64,000 nucleotides of DNA, from assembly GCA_963756345.1 (NCBI GenBank), contig CAVWNM010000001.1:24773-88772 (forward strand). The letters run 5' to 3'. Below are positions 19,825 to 28,402 of the stretch, one piece after another. This DNA comes from an uncultured Actinomycetota bacterium. Lineage in GTDB: Bacteria > Actinomycetota > Actinomycetes > Actinomycetales > Microbacteriaceae. The number at the start of each line of letters is the position of its first letter. The stretch's first letter is position 1. The notes under the pieces were generated by a model. The model worked only from the letters and a program-made list of their open reading frames with translations. It was not told the origin of the DNA and ran no database searches. The position numbers were made by a program, and so were the translations under genes.

Positions 19825-20679
19825 CTAAACGAGCGCGGCCTCGACGGCGGGATGAAGGTGCTTCGACTGGAGCGCAACCACCGCCTGTGCGGCGGCCGCG
19901 GCAAGCGCCCCATCCGTGGAGGCACCCGAGAGCGTGGCATCCAGGAATCCGGCGAAGAAGGCATCTCCCGCGCCGTTGGTGTCCCGGACTTCGGTGGGCA
20001 CGGCACGCACCCGATGAAGCCCGTCGGCGTCGAAGGCGATGGCCCCGTCGGCACCGAGCGTGCACACCACCGCACTGGCGCCCGCCTCCACTCGCGCGCG
20101 CATGAACGACTCGGGGTTGGGCATCCCGTCGGCGTTCATGAACACAAAGGACGCGGCCCGGATGAACGGCTCATGAAATTCGGACTCGCCGTCGTAGTCG
20201 TGGATGTCGGTCCAGATCGGCACGCCCGATGTCGCTGCGTGGGGAAGTAGCGCTTGCGACGTTTCGGACAGGTCCATGACAAGAGCCGCCGCCGCCTCGG
20301 CCAGCCTCCGAAACTGCGGGATATCTGGCGCTCGAAACTGGGGAGTCGACAAATACAACGACACCCGATCGCCCTCGCGGGTCATCAGGTTCAGATGCCG
20401 TTCGCTCAGGCCGGGAATGCTGGTGCCGCTCAGTGCGACGCCAGCGGCTGCGAGCACGGCGCGAAGAGTGGTGGATGCCGCATCGTCGCCCAGCACCGTG
20501 AGGCAGTCCACCTCGCGCCCCAGCCCTGCAAGATGCAGCGCCTTTCCCGCGGAGGTGCCGCCCACGGTCGCGAAATCCTCCAGCGCGAATTGCATGTGAG
20601 GGCGAGGTTCGGGCAGCCGGTCGAGGTAGACGATGGTGTTCCACGACACTGGCCCTGACACGAGAATGTGGTTCCGCAT
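19825..20679 (-). CDS. PfkB-family carbohydrate kinase (ribokinase-like)
   Basis: Start at ATG 20679 (MRNHILVSGPVSWNT...). C-terminal GAGDAF motif. ORF track start 20865 is an upstream extension. Confidence 0.75.
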   Translation of the reverse strand: MRNHILVSGPVSWNTIVYLDRLPEPRPHMQFALEDFATVGGTSAGKALHLAGLGREVDCLTVLGDDAASTTLRAVLAAAGVALSGTSIPGLSERHLNLMTREGDRVSLYLSTPQFRAPDIPQFRRLAEAAAALVMDLSETSQALLPHAATSGVPIWTDIHDYDGESEFHEPFIRAASFVFMNADGMPNPESFMRARVEAGASAVVCTLGADGAIAFDADGLHRVRAVPTEVRDTNGAGDAFFAGFLDATLSGASTDGALAAAAAQAVVALQSKHLHPAVEAALV

Positions 20680-20744
20680 GGACAAACAGTACGCATAGCG
20701 CCAAGGCAGCAGACGGATAGCGCCTCCCTGCGTAGTGTTGAAAC

Positions 20745-21140
20745 ATGGAACGGTTCGAGGCGGAAGCAGTGACGCACATGCTCGTCGTGTCCGATGCCGC
20801 AGCCAGTCGTGACTGGTACGTCGATGTCCTGGGCGCCTCGGTGTTCGGGGAGTACGGGGGCACATCGGTCGTGCTGGACCTCATGGGGAACTGGCTGCTT
20901 CTGGTCACCGGTGGCGAGCCAACGCCGGACAAGCCGACCGTAACCATGGCGCAGCCCGACAATCCCGATCGGGTCAGCGCTGAGATCATTTTCCGGGTGG
21001 CCGACTGTCAGGGCGCCTTCGAGTTCCTCAGTAAGCACGGAGCCGAATTCCTGACCACGCCTCTCGACCGTGGTGGTGAGATCCGGGCTTTCTTTCGCGA
21101 CCCGGACGGTCACCTTTTCGAGATCTCCCAGCTGACCTGA
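20745..21140 (+). CDS. VOC (glyoxalase/bleomycin-resistance/dioxygenase) family protein
   Basis: 131-aa VOC-fold protein. Confidence 0.65.
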   Translation: MERFEAEAVTHMLVVSDAAASRDWYVDVLGASVFGEYGGTSVVLDLMGNWLLLVTGGEPTPDKPTVTMAQPDNPDRVSAEIIFRVADCQGAFEFLSKHGAEFLTTPLDRGGEIRAFFRDPDGHLFEISQLT

Positions 21141-21167
21141 TACTGGTTCGGAGGAAGGCGACGCACT

Positions 21168-22061
21168 GTGGCGACATCCGGAATTGCCATGACAGACGGC
21201 GGCATCGAGACGGTGCTCCTGTTTCGGGATGGCTTCGCCCTTCCGGACTTCGCGGCATTTCCGCTGATCTATGACGACGACGGTCGCGCGGCGCTGCGCC
21301 GGTACTACGAGAGCTTTCTCGCGCTGGCCACCGACCGGGGCCTCCCATTCGTGCTCGGCACGCCCACCTGGCGGGCGAGCCGCGACTGGGGCATCCGACT
21401 GGGATATTCGACGGCTGATCTCGCGGCCGCGAATGTGGATGCGGTCCGGTTCGTGCGCGAGATCGCGCAGGGTTGGCCGGAGGCGCTGATCGAGGGCATT
21501 CTGGGCCCGCGCGGCGACGGATACGTTGTTACCGATCGGATGGATGCCGCTGAGGCTGCCGCCTATCATTCGGAGCAGATCGAGGCACTTCACGGGGCTG
21601 GCGTGGACCGGATCACCGCCCTCACGTTGACCTATCCCGAGGAGGCGATCGGAGTGGTTCGCGCCGCGACTTCGCTGTCGTTGCCCGTGGTCCCCTCCTT
21701 CACCCTCGAGGTCGACGGGAGGCTTCCCGACGGAACAAGCCTCGGCGATGCCATCGCTGAAGTCGATGATGCCACCGCGGGAGCCGCGCTGTTCTTCATG
21801 ATCAACTGCGCCCACCCCACCCACATCTTGCGGGGGCTTGACCACACGGTGCCCACAGATCGGATTGGTGGGCTCCGCGTCAACGCGTCGAAACTGAGCC
21901 ACGCCGAACTCGATGACGCCGAGGAGCTGGATGAGGGAGACCCTGTCGAGCTCGCCCGCGACAACGCGGCCCTCCGAGAGCTGTGTCCGCACATCCAGGT
22001 GCTCGGCGGTTGCTGTGGCACCGACTCGCGCCACGTGGGCGAGATCCTCGCTGCATGGTGA
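21168..22061 (+). CDS. mmuM: homocysteine S-methyltransferase family protein
   Basis: Pterin-binding/Hcy-binding domain motifs, including the C-terminal GGCCGT zinc-ligand motif (VLGGCCGTDSRH). Confidence 0.8.
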   Translation: MATSGIAMTDGGIETVLLFRDGFALPDFAAFPLIYDDDGRAALRRYYESFLALATDRGLPFVLGTPTWRASRDWGIRLGYSTADLAAANVDAVRFVREIAQGWPEALIEGILGPRGDGYVVTDRMDAAEAAAYHSEQIEALHGAGVDRITALTLTYPEEAIGVVRAATSLSLPVVPSFTLEVDGRLPDGTSLGDAIAEVDDATAGAALFFMINCAHPTHILRGLDHTVPTDRIGGLRVNASKLSHAELDDAEELDEGDPVELARDNAALRELCPHIQVLGGCCGTDSRHVGEILAAW

Positions 22062-22079
22062 CGGCACTGCCGCACTAAC

Positions 22080-22862
22080 TCACCCGAGCTGCGACGACAC
22101 CGTCCATGCCGTGCGGCGCACGGCTCGTTCAAGCACGTCTGCGCGCGATCCAAAATCATCGGCCGAGACGGACACCGAGACCGCACCGATCGTGTGACCC
22201 CGGGGTGAGCGAACCGGAGCGGCGATACATGCGAGTCGCGACATATATTCCTCGACCTCGACGGCGATGCGACTTTCCCGCACCTGCTCAAGTTGATCGC
22301 GAAGCGCCGAGGTTCCTGTCGCGCTGCGGCGCGTGAGTGCCGTGGGCGGGTGCTCCTCGAGGTAGCTGTCGAGTTGCGCCTTGTTCTTCTGGGCGAGCAT
22401 GAGCTTGCCGAAGGCAGTGACGTGGGCGGCGTCGGCGAACCCGACGTGGAGTTGACCTATCCGCGGATAGTCTGCCGAGTCCGCGATGTGGGCCACGACA
22501 ATCTCGTCGACGTGAAACGCGGTGAGATAGACGGGAGCGCGTACCTCGTCTCTCGTCGCCTCGAGCACGGCCCGAACGGCGGGGGTCGCGAGCAACTGCC
22601 GGTTCGCCGCCATCCCAAGCATCGTCACGGCACGGCCGAGCAGATACCGCGGCTCCTGGTTCCGTTTGGCCAGATAGCCCTGACGCTGAAGAACCCCGAC
22701 CAGGCGATAGGTGGTGGACGTGCTGAGCCCGAGAGCCTCGGCAATGGTGGACACTTCCGCGCCGTCGGGATTCGAACCCACCACCTCGAGCACCTTGAGA
22801 AGTCGCTCGACGGCTTGCGTGCCCGAGGTGCCATCCTGCTCCAGCGCAGTCTTCATGCTCAC
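22080..22862 (-). CDS. IclR family transcriptional regulator
   Basis: N-terminal wHTH (ERLLKVLEVVGSNPDGAEVSTIAEALGLSTSTTYRL) plus a C-terminal IclR effector domain. Confidence 0.85.
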   Translation of the reverse strand: MSMKTALEQDGTSGTQAVERLLKVLEVVGSNPDGAEVSTIAEALGLSTSTTYRLVGVLQRQGYLAKRNQEPRYLLGRAVTMLGMAANRQLLATPAVRAVLEATRDEVRAPVYLTAFHVDEIVVAHIADSADYPRIGQLHVGFADAAHVTAFGKLMLAQKNKAQLDSYLEEHPPTALTRRSATGTSALRDQLEQVRESRIAVEVEEYMSRLACIAAPVRSPRGHTIGAVSVSVSADDFGSRADVLERAVRRTAWTVSSQLG

Positions 22863-23011
22863 ATGCTACGGCCGCGCGGTGTCGCTCAGCACGCCTGGTT
22901 TCGACCCGATTTCCACATCGTGAGAACTCGCCTTGTCGCCTGGCGCCGCGACATCCACGATTGGTCCCGAGTCGGCAACGGTGCCGGCTGTTGACAAGGA
23001 GGTCTGTCCAG

Positions 23012-23575
23012 ATGGCACGCATCATCATTCTCACCGGCGACGCGGCAGAAACGCTCGAAGTCTTCTATCCGCTCCACCGCCTCCAGGAGGCGGGATTCGA
23101 GGTGCACATCGCTGCTCCGGAGAAGAAGAAGCTGCAGTTTGTCGTGCACGACTTCGTGGACGGCTACGAGACGTACACGGAAAAGCCCGGCCACAGCTGG
23201 GACGCGGATATCGCGTTCCGGGATGTCGACCCGGAGGACTATGTGGCAGCGGTCGTCCCCGGCGGCCGTGCGCCCGAGTACATCCGCAACAACGCCGACG
23301 CCAAGCGCATCATTCGCGCGATGTTCGAGCGCAACGTGCCGGTCGCCGCCACCTGCCACGGACCGCTGCTTCTTGCCGCAGCGGATGTGCTGAAGGGTCG
23401 CGTGACCTCCGCGTACCCCGAGCTGGCGATCGACGTTGAACTGGCTGGCGGGGTGTTCGAGAGCGGGGGAGCCGTCGTCGATGGCAACCTCGTAAGCGCC
23501 CGCGCCTGGCCCGACAACGGCACGTGGATGGGGCAGTTCGTCAAGGTGCTCGAGCAGGCTCAGGTTCTGGCCTAG
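23012..23575 (+). CDS. DJ-1/PfpI family protein
   Basis: Start ATG 23012 (MARIIILTGD...). Conserved nucleophile-elbow Cys in the motif AATCHGPLLL. The ORF track extends it upstream to 22961. Confidence 0.8.
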   Translation: MARIIILTGDAAETLEVFYPLHRLQEAGFEVHIAAPEKKKLQFVVHDFVDGYETYTEKPGHSWDADIAFRDVDPEDYVAAVVPGGRAPEYIRNNADAKRIIRAMFERNVPVAATCHGPLLLAAADVLKGRVTSAYPELAIDVELAGGVFESGGAVVDGNLVSARAWPDNGTWMGQFVKVLEQAQVLA

Positions 23576-23593
23576 TCGACGGTCGGGGAGGCG

Positions 23594-23906
23594 TCAGCTG
23601 TCGGCAGCGGGCTTGTCCATGCCCAGTTCGTTCACCGGACTCGCGTTGAACGGCACCGGCAAGGGGTCGGCAGGGCAGTTGAGGATAGTGTCGTGGGCCG
23701 AGCGGTCGAACGAGTGTTCTGACATTGGTCGCCCGCACACCGGGCACACCGCCTCTCCGATCTGCTCGACCACGGGTGAGTACGGGCCGACCGGGTGGCG
23801 GACCCCACGTTGAGTACAGCCTTCGGTTGAGCCAATCGATGAAACCGACGTAGCCCTTTCCGCCAGAAGGGTGGTCGTCGAACTCTGAGAATTTTTCGTC
23901 GTCCAT
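23594..23906 (-). CDS. small Cys-containing hypothetical protein (about 105 aa), apparent frameshift at a CCCC/GGGG run near 23800-23810
   Basis: The N-terminus MDDEKFSEFDDHPSGGKGYVGFIDWLNRRLYSTWG is in ORF 23541..23906. The continuation ...VRHPVGPYSPVVEQIGEAVCPVCGRPMSEH...NCP... is in the 3' part of ORF 23594..24397. Only the last about 70 codons of that 267-aa ORF look coding. Confidence 0.45.
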
Positions 23907-24017
23907 GTCGCGAGACTACTCCCGCTCTGCCGTGCCCGATAGGGCCAGGCGACCCGTGGACTGGGCCCGCGCGACTCCCGCACCGCAGCATCCCCGCAAC
24001 TGGGGCGGCGGCGCATC

Positions 24018-24046
24018 TTGACGCCCGAATTCGCGGTGCTTATGCT
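24018..24046 (+). promoter_or_regulatory. putative sigma-70-type promoter TTGACG-N17-TATGCT upstream of the PQ-loop gene
   Basis: Read directly in the 225-bp intergenic region. Spacing and hexamers fit the actinobacterial housekeeping consensus. Confidence 0.35.
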
Positions 24047-24130
24047 GTGCAAGGCATTGTTGATGTCCTCGAAGAATGAAGCCCGAACAGGTTCTCCCTG
24101 GGGCCGTGAGAAAGTACGTAAAACACCCCG

Positions 24131-24580
24131 ATGGACATCAACCCCCTGGTCATCAATGCGCTCGGATTCGCCGCGACCAGCTTCTCGATCTTGATGTGGT
24201 TGCCGCAGGCGCGGACGACCTGGCAGAGCCGAAACGACGCTGTGCGCCTTGCCGGAATCTCCGAGACAACCCAGTGGCTGCTGGTGGGCGGATACCTGCT
24301 GTGGGGCGTCTACGGACTGCTGAGCGAGTCGTTCTGGGTTGCGGCCCCGAGCATCGTCGCGCTCCCCGTGGCGATGACGACCATCGTCGTTATTCACCGT
24401 GGCCGCCGGCTGCCGGAAACCACCCGATCCGTGCCGATCCTGTCACTCAGTGAGACCGTCTCGATGGCTCCGGTCACCGCAGCAACGCCGATCATCTCGA
24501 CCCACGCCGACGTGGGCGTGGGGGAGTTGGTCGCCGAGGACTCACACCCGACCACGAGCACGATCCGCATCCTCGCGTAG
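24131..24580 (+). CDS. PQ-loop / SemiSWEET-like small membrane protein with C-terminal extension
   Basis: Three predicted TM helices with a PQ motif (WLPQARTTW). The first about 95 aa are hydrophobic. Confidence 0.5.
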   Translation: MDINPLVINALGFAATSFSILMWLPQARTTWQSRNDAVRLAGISETTQWLLVGGYLLWGVYGLLSESFWVAAPSIVALPVAMTTIVVIHRGRRLPETTRSVPILSLSETVSMAPVTAATPIISTHADVGVGELVAEDSHPTTSTIRILA

Positions 24581-24589
24581 GACGCACAA

Positions 24590-25250
24590 CTACTTTCTGC
24601 GCGTGGCGAGCAGTTCGACGACCTCGCCGTCCGAGGTCTGACCGAAGTGCAGGTAGTGCTCTCCGACTGCCCGAAATCGGTGAGGCTGAATGAGGCAGAC
24701 CACCTCGTCGGCGCCGTGCACCTGGCGAGCCGCCTCAGGCCCACCGACGGGCGCGGCCACAATCACTCTGGAAGCGCCGAGGGCACGGGCGACCTTGCAC
24801 GCCGCAGAGGCGGTCGCGCCGGTGGCGATGCCGTCGTCGATGATGAGCGCGGTGCGACCGGTGAGATCCAGGGGTTCGAAACCCGCCCGGAATCGGGCAA
24901 CCCGCGCCTCGAGGGTGGCGCGTTCGTCCCGCTCGACTGACGCGATCTGCGCGGCGGTGATGCCGCCCCATCCGATCAGGTCACGGTCCAGCACGCGCAC
25001 ACCATCTTCCCCGATCGCCCCCATCGCAACCTCGGGCTGGAACGGTACGCCGAGCTTGCGCACGACGATCACATCCAGCGGGCGCGTCGAGCACTGTGGC
25101 GACCTCCGCGGCGACTGGTACCCCGCCGCGCGGGAGACCAAGCACGATGAGATCGGCGCGCGTGTCAGCCGGCTGGTGGGACAACCAGGTGTTCAGCCGG
25201 GCGGCGAGCTGCCGACCGGCATCCACTCGATCCTTGAACTCCCGACTCAT
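24590..25250 (-). CDS. phosphoribosyltransferase (COG1926-type PRTase), apparent frameshift at a CCC run near 25085-25095
   Basis: N-terminal part in ORF 24981..25250 (MSREFKDRVDAGRQLAARL...LIVLGLPRGGVPVAAEVA). PRPP-binding core in ORF 24590..25141 (LDVIVVRKLGVP ... TALIIDDGIATGAT). It lies 31 bp downstream of the baeRF gene on the same strand. Confidence 0.75.
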
Positions 25251-25281
25251 GACACCTCCACATCACGGCGATCTCGATCAG

Positions 25282-26397
25282 TCAGCCTTCGCGGCCCGCC
25301 GGCGGGCGGACTCGGGCGTATCTCAGCACCGCTGCAACCGGATCAGTGGTCGGGAGGTCACTCGGCTTCACGGGCACGATCGTCGCGTCGCTGTTCATCG
25401 CGTCCCGCACGATCTCGTCCACCTGATCGAGAGGGTTCGCACCTTCGCCGTCGGGGCCCGGAATGCGGCGATCCATGTCGACCAGCAGCATGTCGATGGC
25501 GCCTTCGCTGGCAGCTTCCGCTATCTCGTCGATTCCGGTCAGGATGAGGCCGCGGGCGGGCATCTCGGCGAACCGTGCCAGCTGGGCCTCCAGGACCTCG
25601 CGTCGATGATGCTCGATGGCCGGAGCGGCGAGGTCTGCGATCTCCGAGAGCGAGTCGCCGTCGTGATTGCCGACGATGGTGGATGACGCGACGGGAGAGT
25701 GCGACGACATCGCCCTGTAGATGCTGGCCAGGGGCTCAGTGGCCGCGATCACGAGCACGGCCCGGAGACCTCTCAGCACCGGCTCGACGGCATCATCGAT
25801 TGCGCGCGCATACTCACGGAGCCGCCCCTTCGGGTCGTCAGAGACACGCAAACGGGCGAGGGTGTTCCGATCTCCGGTCACGTCGAGCGCGAGCGTGCTC
25901 GTCATGTCCTCGGGGAGGTCGGGGACCTCAACGACCTGCGCGGGATGCACGGTGACCTCGATGAGACGCACCTCGTTCTCGGAAAGCGCGAGAACGCAGA
26001 CGCACGGGGTGCGCTCGAGCGCGCCCTCCAGCAGCGGACCGACGAGGAACCTGTCGGAGACGCCAACCCACGGGGTCGGCGCGTTTGCGAGCGCGAACAC
26101 CTCGGCCGACTGCTCGGTGGCAAAAATGCCCACGGATTGGGCGTGCCGGTCGATCTGGCTGGGTTCGCCGTGGGGGGTTGCGAGGCCCTGAAGATGCTCG
26201 CGGATTGCGTCGATGACGTCGGGCGGCGCGTCCGCTTCCTGCAGGGCTTGTGCCACAGACCGCAACTGCCCCTGAGCCGTGCCGGTCGCGTGATTGCCGC
26301 GTAGCCACGACGCAGCTTCGCCATACAGGGTGACGCACCATGGCGCCCGAATTCCCGCGAACCGGCGAACGTCTCGGAGTCGAGGATGTGCCGTCAT
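25282..26397 (-). CDS. bacterial eRF1/Pelota-like (baeRF-family; 'Vms1/Ankzf1-type peptidyl-tRNA hydrolase'-like) protein
   Basis: 371 aa from ATG 26397, preceded by an AAGGAGG ribosome-binding site. The C-terminal region GLILTGIDEIAEAASEGAIDMLLVD resembles eRF1 domain 3 / Pelota C-terminus (G..EV..AL..GAVE.LLV). ORF track 25282..26907 is an upstream extension. Family call is from motif recognition and is not search-verified. Confidence 0.6.
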   Translation of the reverse strand: MTAHPRLRDVRRFAGIRAPWCVTLYGEAASWLRGNHATGTAQGQLRSVAQALQEADAPPDVIDAIREHLQGLATPHGEPSQIDRHAQSVGIFATEQSAEVFALANAPTPWVGVSDRFLVGPLLEGALERTPCVCVLALSENEVRLIEVTVHPAQVVEVPDLPEDMTSTLALDVTGDRNTLARLRVSDDPKGRLREYARAIDDAVEPVLRGLRAVLVIAATEPLASIYRAMSSHSPVASSTIVGNHDGDSLSEIADLAAPAIEHHRREVLEAQLARFAEMPARGLILTGIDEIAEAASEGAIDMLLVDMDRRIPGPDGEGANPLDQVDEIVRDAMNSDATIVPVKPSDLPTTDPVAAVLRYARVRPPAGREG

Positions 26398-26488
26398 TGT
26401 GATCCTCCTTGATCGTGGCATCCATTTTTTCACTGCTCGGGCGTCGGCGAAAGTGCCGTAAGTCCCTCTGTGGTGGCACCATCGAAGT

Positions 26489-27064
26489 ATGGCTCCCACA
26501 CTGCACATCACAGGCGATCCGGAATCTGATGCTCTTCTCTCCGACGACCCGCTGGCACTGCTCATCGGGATGTTGCTCGACCAGCAGATCCCCATGGAGA
26601 CAGCGTTCGCCGGTCCTGCGAAGCTGCGAGACCGGCTGGGACAATTGGATGCCGCTGAGCTCGCGTCGTTCGACCCCGAAAAGCTCGTCGAAGTGTTCCG
26701 CATCACTCCCGCTGTCCACCGATTCCCGGGCTCGATGGCCGGCCGGGTGCAGTCGCTGTGTGCCGCGGTCGTCAGCGAGTGGGGTGGACGCGCTGACGCG
26801 ATCTGGTCTCGCGATGAACCCGATGGCGCTGAGATTCTTGCCCGGCTCAAGGGCTTGCCAGGCTTCGGTGAACAGAAGGCGAAGATCTTCCTGGCTCTCC
26901 TGGGCAAGCAATACGGGGTGGAAGCGACAGGGTGGCGCGACGCCGCCGGCGACTACGGCAAGGAGGGCTCATGCCGCTCCGTTGCGGACATTGTCGATGC
27001 GGCATCCCTGACGAAGGTTCGCGAGTTCAAGCGCGCGGCGAAGGCGGAAGCCAAAAAACAATAG
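26489..27064 (+). CDS. HhH-GPD family protein (base-excision-repair glycosylase-like)
   Basis: 191 aa with a helix-hairpin-helix GPD region (LKGLPGFGEQKAKIFLALL). Divergent from the baeRF gene. Confidence 0.6.
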   Translation: MAPTLHITGDPESDALLSDDPLALLIGMLLDQQIPMETAFAGPAKLRDRLGQLDAAELASFDPEKLVEVFRITPAVHRFPGSMAGRVQSLCAAVVSEWGGRADAIWSRDEPDGAEILARLKGLPGFGEQKAKIFLALLGKQYGVEATGWRDAAGDYGKEGSCRSVADIVDAASLTKVREFKRAAKAEAKKQ

Positions 27065-27093
27065 GTGTGAGAATGCCCTTGCGCTTCGGGGCT

Positions 27094-27522
27094 ATGACGA
27101 GAACAATAAACCACATGGTTTACTCGACCGGTGTAAACGAATCGGACGCCCCCGAAGCGCTCGATCGCGTATTCGCCGCGCTCTCGCATCCCACGCGACG
27201 ACGCCTTGTGCGCTACCTCGCAAACCGCCCGCGTGCGCCCCGGATGTCCCAGGTTGCCCAAGACAACGGTCTTTCCCCTCAGCTGCTGAACAAGCACACA
27301 GCCGCACTGGAAAAGGCCGGGATGGTGCAGAGGGTCACTATAGGCCGCGAGAGCATGCTGGTTATCGACCGGGCCGCGCTCATCGAGGCGCAGAAGTGGA
27401 TAGTCGACACCCGCGCGTTTTGGGAGGGCCAACTCGACTCGCTCGATGCCTACATTGACAAGCTCGCGTCGCAGGGCGCAATTCCGCCCACCACACCAAA
27501 GGATCAGTCATGGCCGAATTAA
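27094..27522 (+). CDS. ArsR/SmtB family transcriptional regulator
   Basis: HTH motif ALSHPTRRRLVRYL. Start at ATG 27094 or 27073. Overlaps the downstream SRPBCC gene. Confidence 0.75.
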   Translation: MTRTINHMVYSTGVNESDAPEALDRVFAALSHPTRRRLVRYLANRPRAPRMSQVAQDNGLSPQLLNKHTAALEKAGMVQRVTIGRESMLVIDRAALIEAQKWIVDTRAFWEGQLDSLDAYIDKLASQGAIPPTTPKDQSWPN

Positions 27523-27968
27523 GCCTCACGCTAGAACGCACCTTCGCGGTGAGCCGAGACACGATGTGGCAGCTCTGGACGGATGAATCACACGCCAGCC
27601 AATGGATGCGCCCCTCACTCACCGAATACGGCCCAACCAGGGCGACCATCGACGCGCGCGCAGGTGGTCATTACCGATTCGAGCTTCTGCACGGAAGCGA
27701 TGAGATGTCGGTCATCGTTGGTGAATACCTCGAGGTTGAGGCCCCCGAGCGGCTGGTCTACACCTGGGCGTGGGAGGGAGACCCTCACGTCTCTCGCGTT
27801 GAGGTGCGCTTCCACGAGGTGCCAGACGGAACCCTGGTGAACATCTTCCACAGCACGCTGGCGTCGCCGGAGTCCGTTGCGGCCCACGAGCAGGGCTGGA
27901 TCGGATGCCTCAACACCCTCTCCAGCACCATCGACTCCAGCACTTTCGACTCCGTCGCGCGTCGCTGA
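27510..27968 (+). CDS. SRPBCC (AHSA1/polyketide-cyclase-like) family protein
   Basis: 152 aa. Classical ArsR-SRPBCC pair. Confidence 0.7.
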   Translation: MAELSLTLERTFAVSRDTMWQLWTDESHASQWMRPSLTEYGPTRATIDARAGGHYRFELLHGSDEMSVIVGEYLEVEAPERLVYTWAWEGDPHVSRVEVRFHEVPDGTLVNIFHSTLASPESVAAHEQGWIGCLNTLSSTIDSSTFDSVARR

Positions 27969-28024
27969 CGCTCGACGGCGCCCACCGGCATCCGTCGGTC
28001 GGCCGACGATGAAAGAAGGACATC

Positions 28025-28363
28025 ATGACCAAGTACTTGTTCATCTACCACGCCCCCATGAGTCCGGCAGACGCGACACCGCCGGACGACGCGGACATGC
28101 AGGAGGTCATGGGCCAGTGGATGAGTTGGGCTGGCGAGGCTGGCGACCGTCTCGCCGACTTCGGGACCCCCCTCGCCAACGGGGTGCGGGTCACGCCAGG
28201 TGGATCAACGGCTCCGAGCACACGCGAGGTCAGCGGATACTCGATGATCGAGGCAGCGAGCATGGATGAAGCGCTGTCGTTGGCCAAGAATCACCCGCAC
28301 CTCAACATGCCGGGCGGTTGCGAGATCGAGGTGCACGAGGCGCAGGCCGTCCCCGGCATGTAG
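28025..28363 (+). CDS. YciI-like small protein
   Basis: 112 aa with a YciI-family-like C-terminal HPHL..GG.IEV motif. Confidence 0.5.
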   Translation: MTKYLFIYHAPMSPADATPPDDADMQEVMGQWMSWAGEAGDRLADFGTPLANGVRVTPGGSTAPSTREVSGYSMIEAASMDEALSLAKNHPHLNMPGGCEIEVHEAQAVPGM

Positions 28364-28402
28364 CGACGGGTCGGGCGTTGCGCCCGACCCCTCCGGCTGG
28401 CG

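Noticed and set aside
23594-24397. 267-aa minus-strand ORF taken as a single gene.
   Set aside because: Only its 3' roughly 70 codons look coding (CPVCGRP motif). The rest is antisense/intergenic read-through. The real gene starts in another frame at 23906.
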